The notes beneath the pieces are model-generated. The model was not told where the DNA came from and did no database searches. It worked only from the letters and a program-made list of their open reading frames with translations. Source: Oscillospiraceae bacterium (GTDB lineage Bacteria; Bacillota; Clostridia; UMGS1883). Taken from it: a DNA stretch of 35,851 bases. Positions 30,761 to 35,851 of the stretch are shown in pieces. Both the position numbers and the translations under genes were made by a program. The DNA lies in assembly GCA_015069065.1 (NCBI GenBank), contig SVJI01000002.1, positions 1 to 35,851 of the forward strand, read 5' to 3'. Each line of letters opens with the position of its first letter. Position 1 is the first letter of the stretch.

Positions 30761-32941
30761 TTACTCTTTATTCTTATTTCTCAAACGATAAAGCGAACGC
30801 ACATTGCCAAATCCCGACATCTGTGCAATTTTTTCAAGAGAGAACTTTCCCTCTTTAATTAGTTTATTGGCGTATGCCATTCTGACATTGTTAATATAGC
30901 TGAGTACCGTCATTCCTGTACTTTCCTTAAAGATTTTTGACACATGGGGTTTGCTCAGATTAAAATGATGTGCAATCATCTCAATACAAAGGTTTTGGTC
31001 TGCAAAATTCTCCTCAATATATTTTTGAATTTCTTCTGCATGAATTACAGTACGGGAACGCTTTCTTGTAACGTCATCTGCAAATATATCGCAAGCCCGT
31101 TTTACAAAGTCCATAAGTTGTTTTGTTATCTGCTGTGTTGACTGCATTGACGAACTGACATCTTTATAAAAATCGAAAAACTCTCTCAGTTCAATATTAT
31201 CATTTGTGCTTTCCGCCAAAATTTTGGTAATTGTCGATATAATATCAAGAACTACAAAATTAAAATAGCACCGTTCTGCCTTTGCTTCAACATCCTGCAA
31301 AAGCTCGCTGACAATCGAAAGTGCGTCTTCCTTATTGCCAATTTTTATGCTCTGAACAAGTCCACGTTCTTTATAAATGTTGAATGAGTAAGTTTCTTCA
31401 TTTTTTTGTGGCATCCGAAACTCTTCCGCAAGTTTCTCAAAAAGGCTTGGCAACCTCAAAATCCCTTCACACGATTCTGAAAATTTAATTTCGAGATTAA
31501 TTGAAAATTGCTCGTTAATAAATCTGACACCTTCCAAGGCAGTCTGTCTTATTCTGTCAACATTACAAGTTTCGTTAACACCTACAAGACACAGATTGAA
31601 AGCATCCGCCGACGCAGAGAAAATCTCCGTGTTATGTCTTGCAAATAGCTCGCTCATTACGTTATTTATAATGTAACTTAGATGGTACATCTTCTCAAAA
31701 TTAGACATCTGTTCATCTTCTGCAAAAAAGGATGATAAAGAATTAAGATAAAACACCGCAAGAATATACTCTTTGTCCTCGAAAAAGGCGTTATATTCAT
31801 CAAGCAACTGGGACGACATATTCCCCTGAATAATCTGTGGAAATGATGATGCCTGTAGCTTGCTTTCAACAGCTTTTAGGTTTGTTGCCATTTTATCCTT
31901 TTCTAAAAATATGTTTTCTATAGAATCGTGTAAAAACTCAAACTCCCCTTTTTCGCCCGGTGTGCCAAATACATCTACCAACCTTTTAATCGGCGTGTAA
32001 TTAATTCTGAGAAGATACCTTATAAGTAAGCTGAGAATTATCAGAGCAATGATTCCTGCAAACACAGTTCCATTTTTAAGAACAATGGTTCTTAAGTTGA
32101 GCTCATTTTGTGGAACTCGCAATGCAATATACCAGTTTCCGTCAAGCATACTGATTGGACTTATAAACATACTGTAGGAATTATCACTGTATTTTCTCGC
32201 CGCTGTAATCGTTTGCGGAACAACATCGTCCTTTGTCTTTTTTTCGTGAATTGCCAATCTTCCGTATGCATTGTAGATAAAAATATCACTTGCAGGCTCC
32301 CACGTCACAGTAGAAAGTCCTCCGATGAAATTCTGCTTATTACTTAAAACAACAAAATTATTGCCGCTGCTATCGGGAATACACCCCATCAGCATAATTG
32401 TATCAACAGGTTTGCCTAAATCTCCTGAATACGTCATACTTCCGTATATATCACGGTTTATATCCTTTGAAACAACACTCTTCCAATCTTCATATGAAAT
32501 TCCCGTTTCGGCAAAATAGGCATCGTGGAAAAGCTTGCTGTGAACTATTCCCGTTTTACACAAAACACTATCCGTTTCTTTTAGATATATAAAAAACAAA
32601 TCTATTTTATTATCGTAGCTTGCGTACTCCTTTATATCTTCAAGCATTTCCCATGTAGTATCATTATAAAAATAATTATCATTTTTTTGCGAAATAATAT
32701 CAGATAATTTTTCGTTTAAAAGAAGCTGCCTCTGAAAATTTTTCATTGACCACACGCTGTCCTCAAAGGATGATGTTACAGTATCAACTATATATTCATT
32801 AAATGCCTCCGATGTTTTCTTCAGCGAAGAATGATATGCAACTATCACCGTCAGCGCAAAGAATATCAAAAGGAAAGCAACTATGCAGTAGGAAATAATA
32901 CTCATTGTCTTGTAACTTTTTGAAACATATCTAATTTTCAT
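30761..32941 (-). CDS. Membrane-spanning one-component AraC/XylS-family transcriptional regulator (726 aa): TM1, ~250-aa extracytoplasmic sensor domain, TM2, cytoplasmic linker domain, AraC HTH.
   Basis: TM segments MSIISYCIVAFLLIFFALTVIVAY and GTVFAGIIALIILSLLIRYLL. The C-terminal segment is IQKYIEENFADQNLCIEMIAHHFNLSKPHVSKIFKESTGMTVLSYINNVRMAYANKLIKEGKFSLEKIAQMSGFGNVRSLYRLRNK, an AraC double HTH. There is no receiver or kinase domain. AAGGAGTG RBS upstream of the ATG at 32941. Confidence 0.88.
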   Translation of the reverse strand: MKIRYVSKSYKTMSIISYCIVAFLLIFFALTVIVAYHSSLKKTSEAFNEYIVDTVTSSFEDSVWSMKNFQRQLLLNEKLSDIISQKNDNYFYNDTTWEMLEDIKEYASYDNKIDLFFIYLKETDSVLCKTGIVHSKLFHDAYFAETGISYEDWKSVVSKDINRDIYGSMTYSGDLGKPVDTIMLMGCIPDSSGNNFVVLSNKQNFIGGLSTVTWEPASDIFIYNAYGRLAIHEKKTKDDVVPQTITAARKYSDNSYSMFISPISMLDGNWYIALRVPQNELNLRTIVLKNGTVFAGIIALIILSLLIRYLLRINYTPIKRLVDVFGTPGEKGEFEFLHDSIENIFLEKDKMATNLKAVESKLQASSFPQIIQGNMSSQLLDEYNAFFEDKEYILAVFYLNSLSSFFAEDEQMSNFEKMYHLSYIINNVMSELFARHNTEIFSASADAFNLCLVGVNETCNVDRIRQTALEGVRFINEQFSINLEIKFSESCEGILRLPSLFEKLAEEFRMPQKNEETYSFNIYKERGLVQSIKIGNKEDALSIVSELLQDVEAKAERCYFNFVVLDIISTITKILAESTNDNIELREFFDFYKDVSSSMQSTQQITKQLMDFVKRACDIFADDVTRKRSRTVIHAEEIQKYIEENFADQNLCIEMIAHHFNLSKPHVSKIFKESTGMTVLSYINNVRMAYANKLIKEGKFSLEKIAQMSGFGNVRSLYRLRNKNKE

Positions 32942-32982
32942 TATTTCCCACTCCTTTATGACATCAACGTTTTTATATTACC

Positions 32983-33111
32983 ATTTTAGCATTGCCGACA
33001 CATTTTTTCAAGCAGTAATCTATGAGAATTATCCGTATCTCGTTAAAAATATATATTCGCTTTGTTATTTTAACACTTTGTATGTATTTGTTCAAGTGAC
33101 AATAAACAATG
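32983..33111 (-). promoter_or_regulatory. Two candidate promoters for the regulator gene, each a copy of the operon promoter/operator layout.
   Basis: P1, minus strand: TTGAAA (33011-33006), 17-nt spacer, TAAAAT (32988-32983), with TCATAGATTACTG upstream. P2: TTGAAC (33095-33090), 17-nt spacer, TAAAAT (33072-33067), with CATTGTTTATTGTCAC upstream. Confidence 0.5.
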
Positions 33112-33154
33112 TTAATGTGACATTTTCTATCTATTCCCACATTAAAAACCCACC

Positions 33155-33354
33155 TGTAAATTTTTTATTACTATCAAAAGTACAATTTACAAGCAATAAA
33201 AGTTGTAAAATCTCAGATTTCATCGTTTATAAGTAAATAGGGTAAAAGTAGCTCTATGGGGTAATAGCAAGCATAGCCAATGAGTACCCATTGACAATTT
33301 TTAAGGCTCTCCGCAAGGCTCCAAGTCTTAAAAAACTTTTGGGATATTCCCAAA
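33155..33354 (+). promoter_or_regulatory. Candidate oriT / MobC operator region upstream of mobC.
   Basis: One 8-bp perfect inverted repeat: TGTAAATT (33155-33162) and AATTTACA (33184-33191). One perfect palindrome, TTTGGGA-TAT-TCCCAAA (33338-33354), lies 31 nt before the mobC ATG. I could not identify a nick site. Confidence 0.35.
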
Positions 33355-33384
33355 CCCTTATTGATGAAAAAACGAGGTGAACCT

Positions 33385-33714
33385 ATGGCGAACAGACAAA
33401 GAAATATACAACTGAAAATATGGGTAAACGAAGAAGAAAGAAAACTGATTAACCAAAAGATGGCACAGTTCCCTACGTCACAGCTCGGAGCATATATGCG
33501 AAAAATGGCTATTGACGGATATATCATTTATACTGATATAAAGAATATTAAACAATATATTCAGGAGCTTCAGGCAATCGGGAAAAACATCAACCAAATT
33601 GCAAGGCGTGTAAATTCAACCACCAACATTTATAAAGAGGATATTGACGAAATCAAAGCGAGGCTTGATGAAATATGGCAGTTACAAAGATACATCCTAT
33701 CAAATCTACGCTAA
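33385..33714 (+). CDS. mobC: Plasmid/ICE mobilisation relaxosome accessory protein MobC (ribbon-helix-helix type, 109 aa).
   Basis: MANRQRNIQLKIWVNEEERKLINQKMAQ... and GKNINQIARRVN are the characteristic MobC blocks. I prefer the ATG at 33385 with GAGGTG 5 nt upstream over the TTG at 33361. It is followed by an overlapping relaxase gene. Confidence 0.85.
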   Translation: MANRQRNIQLKIWVNEEERKLINQKMAQFPTSQLGAYMRKMAIDGYIIYTDIKNIKQYIQELQAIGKNINQIARRVNSTTNIYKEDIDEIKARLDEIWQLQRYILSNLR

Positions 33715-34988
33715 AGCTCGCCATTGAATATATCTTAAACCCGGAAAAGACAGACGAAAAAATTCTTGCGTCCTCTTTCGGCTGCGGATTTGAAACTGCA
33801 GATATGGAATTTAAGTTCACAAGAGAATTGGCAAAGCGCAAATCTCCAAATCTTGCTCACCACTTAATACAATCATTCGAGCCCGGAGAAACTATCCCTG
33901 AGGAAGCCCACGAAATCGGTATGAGGCTTGCAGAGGAAGTTTTAGGAGGTAAGTATGAATTTGTTTTGACAACTCACATTGATAAAGGCCACATACATAA
34001 CCACATCATATATAATTCTGTAAGCTTTGCCGACTATAATCATTATCACTCTACTCCCCCCAAGTATTACAACATCAGACGGACAAGTGATAAACTCTGT
34101 GAGGAATACGGATTGTCTGTTATCCGCAAGACAAAAGGTAAAGGTAAAAGCTATATTGAATACACCGCTGCAAAGCAGGGTAAGAGCTGGAAAGCCCAAC
34201 TGAAAAATACCATTGACACACTCATTCCCTTGTCAACTGACTTTGATGAATTTCTCTTGCTTATGGAACAGCAGGGGTACAAGGTTAAGAGGCAAAATAA
34301 GAATGTTTCTTTCTGTACTGACGGCAGAGAACGATATATGCGTTCCAAAACTCTGGGTCCCGATTATACCGTCGAAGCGCTAAAGGAACGGATCGCCGGA
34401 AAGACAAAGGGAAAACGCATCAGCCTGATAATAGATATTCAAAACTGTATCAAAGCACAGGAAAGCAAAGGTTACGAGCATTGGGCGAAAATCAATAATC
34501 TTAAGCAAGCTGCTAAAACACTTAATTTCCTGACCGAGAATGACATCACAACCTATGATGAATTAAAAAATGCCGTAGAGCAAAAGCAGAACGATTTTAA
34601 CGGAATAAGCGAAAAGGTTAAGGAGCTTGAAATCCGAATAAGCACTACTGCAATGCTTATAAAAAATGTTGAAACATACACAAGGCTCAAGCCCATTATG
34701 GAACAAAGAAAAAAGGCAACGGATAAAGGTGCGTTTGATGAAAAGCACAGAGCTGAAATCATTTTGTTTGAGGCAGCACTAAAAGAATTAAAGGGAGCAA
34801 AATATCCGCCTATAAAAGAGTTAAGGCAGAGTTATAAATCGCTTCAATCCGAGAAAGAAACCTTGTATGAGGGATACAAAAAAGCGAAATCGGAGGCTGC
34901 TGAAATTGACATCATAAAATCGAATGTCGATTCACTTTTAGGCGCTTCTCACAGGCAAAGCCGTGATATTTCGGCGCTTTTAGAGTAG
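33675..34988 (+). CDS. Relaxase/mobilisation nuclease (MobA/VirD2 family, 437 aa).
   Basis: The N-terminal MAVTKIHPIKSTLKLAIEYILNPEKT is a typical start for Firmicutes relaxases. The histidine triad is HIDKGHIHNHIIYNSVSF (HxDxxxHxHxH). The C-terminal half is coiled-coil. It overlaps the mobC 3' end by 40 nt. Confidence 0.88.
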   Translation: MAVTKIHPIKSTLKLAIEYILNPEKTDEKILASSFGCGFETADMEFKFTRELAKRKSPNLAHHLIQSFEPGETIPEEAHEIGMRLAEEVLGGKYEFVLTTHIDKGHIHNHIIYNSVSFADYNHYHSTPPKYYNIRRTSDKLCEEYGLSVIRKTKGKGKSYIEYTAAKQGKSWKAQLKNTIDTLIPLSTDFDEFLLLMEQQGYKVKRQNKNVSFCTDGRERYMRSKTLGPDYTVEALKERIAGKTKGKRISLIIDIQNCIKAQESKGYEHWAKINNLKQAAKTLNFLTENDITTYDELKNAVEQKQNDFNGISEKVKELEIRISTTAMLIKNVETYTRLKPIMEQRKKATDKGAFDEKHRAEIILFEAALKELKGAKYPPIKELRQSYKSLQSEKETLYEGYKKAKSEAAEIDIIKSNVDSLLGASHRQSRDISALLE

Positions 34989-35016
34989 CGAAGGGCTGGG
35001 CGACCTCCAAACCATA

Positions 35017-35025
35017 TGATATAAT
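35017..35025 (+). promoter_or_regulatory. Extended -10 promoter element for the downstream small secreted-protein gene.
   Basis: TGATATAAT (TGnTATAAT consensus) lies 39 nt upstream of the ATG at 35064. I noted no clear -35. Confidence 0.4.
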
Positions 35026-35063
35026 TTACTTAGGCAGACTATGAACAAAAGGAGGTTGTCTAT

Positions 35064-35851
35064 ATGAAAAAGATAACAAAAATAATCATCACTGTCGCAA
35101 TAATAAACGCAATAAATCTAACGACACTTGCCACCGAGATACCCGGTGAGAGCGTACCTCCCCATGTTACGGTTAAGGAAATTGCAATCACCGAAAATTT
35201 AATCAGTCCTATACTGTGTGAGGTTGAAAACGGTTTGGGATATGGAGAGGCAAACGGAAAAGCACACAAGCTGATTTGGGAAGCAATAGTTTCAGGACAG
35301 ACAAACGGATATGGATATGGTGATTTAATGGCAATCGCAAGGAACGCAATCCATCAGCAAAGGGATATGTACCTGCGCCCCGACTTTTACAAAGAAGCAG
35401 AGGCACAAATGCAAATCGTCATAGCAGATTTGATAAAAGCCGTAGAGAACGGAACTCTGACCTATGAGGAAGTAAGAAAGCAATCCTACATCAAAATCTT
35501 ACAATGGATAAATCCCACCTTCGCATTAGAAGATATGCAAGGAGATTTCTGTTATTGGGACATCCCACCCGTTGACAACGCATATTTTAACAGGGCGAGA
35601 AAGTTATTACTTGAAGCACAAGCAAACCAAATTTGGAGCAGGTTGATTAAAATTTTTAGCAAGCAGATTAAAGCAATTGCTATCATCAGTTTTAATTTGA
35701 GGGGCTTTAGGTGGTTTTACGGTACTCATTTTAGGCAAATTCATAGTTTTCATCAGGCGGTACACTCTGCCGCAGCTGATGTTAATGCAATAATCACGGC
35801 TAAGACAATCTTTGATTTTACCAGCGCCCAAACGCTTATCGGTTTTGGCAT
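35064..35851 (+). CDS. Hypothetical secreted protein with an unresolved 3' end. The frame stays open to the window edge and runs antisense through the IS3 fragment.
   Basis: Absent from the ORF track because there is no stop in the window. AAGGAGG lies 8 nt upstream of the ATG at 35064. Signal peptide MKKITKIIITVAIINAINLTTLATE. The native coding part probably ends near 35625, where IS3 homology begins on the other strand. Confidence 0.6.
   Translation, partial: MKKITKIIITVAIINAINLTTLATEIPGESVPPHVTVKEIAITENLISPILCEVENGLGYGEANGKAHKLIWEAIVSGQTNGYGYGDLMAIARNAIHQQRDMYLRPDFYKEAEAQMQIVIADLIKAVENGTLTYEEVRKQSYIKILQWINPTFALEDMQGDFCYWDIPPVDNAYFNRARKLLLEAQANQIWSRLIKIFSKQIKAIAIISFNLRGFRWFYGTHFRQIHSFHQAVHSAAADVNAIITAKTIFDFTSAQTLIGFG
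35607..35851 (-). pseudogene. Truncated IS3-family transposase (OrfB N-terminal HTH region only; DDE/rve catalytic domain missing).
   Basis: The frame enters from beyond 35851: ...AKTDKRLGAGKIKDCLSRDYCINISCGRVYRLMKTMNLP...NLLAKNFNQPAPNLV. This matches the IS3/IS150 pattern (G..KI...L......S..RV.RLM....L ... NLL.R.F....PN.VW.TD). After PNLV it reads CLCFK-stop where W.TDIT and the rve domain are expected. Confidence 0.6.

Noticed and set aside
33213-33527. 104-aa minus-strand ORF overlapping the mobC start region.
   Set aside because: It is antisense to the well-supported mobC gene and extends into the AT-rich spacer. It has no RBS.

Overview
This is an AT-rich 35.9-kb window that looks like a low-GC Firmicutes/Clostridia genome. 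Its core (973-32941) lies entirely on the minus strand. It opens with a membrane-spanning AraC-type regulator that has its own promoter and terminator. A separate promoter then drives about 20 tightly packed co-directional genes (30572 down to 973), with one convincing terminator at 688-736.

The array has three layers:
- Five large secreted or cell-surface proteins: two SLH-anchored right-handed beta-helix proteins, a 1660-aa internally duplicated SLH protein, an 887-aa SLH protein with no recognisable catalytic domain, and a 1001-aa CE12-type SGNH esterase.
- An LplABC-type sugar ABC importer (binding lipoprotein plus two permeases, no ATPase).
- A cytoplasmic block: a GH109-like NAD enzyme, an Amidohydro_2 protein, a DUF4838-like protein, a 192-aa unknown, NagB, NagA, two more Gfo/Idh/MocA oxidoreductases, UxuA and an SDR.

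I recognise no classical glycoside hydrolase or known polysaccharide lyase family anywhere in the array. That makes it a candidate undescribed S-layer-tethered, redox-heavy glycan utilisation system, and I cannot predict its substrate.

Mobile-element modules flank the array. On the left are a Tn916/Tn1549-style sigma-like regulator and a small partner gene. On the right are mobC, an overlapping relaxase gene, a small secreted-protein gene and a truncated IS3-family transposase.

I found no rRNA, tRNA or CRISPR array. All family assignments come from motifs read by eye in the translations. No database search was run.
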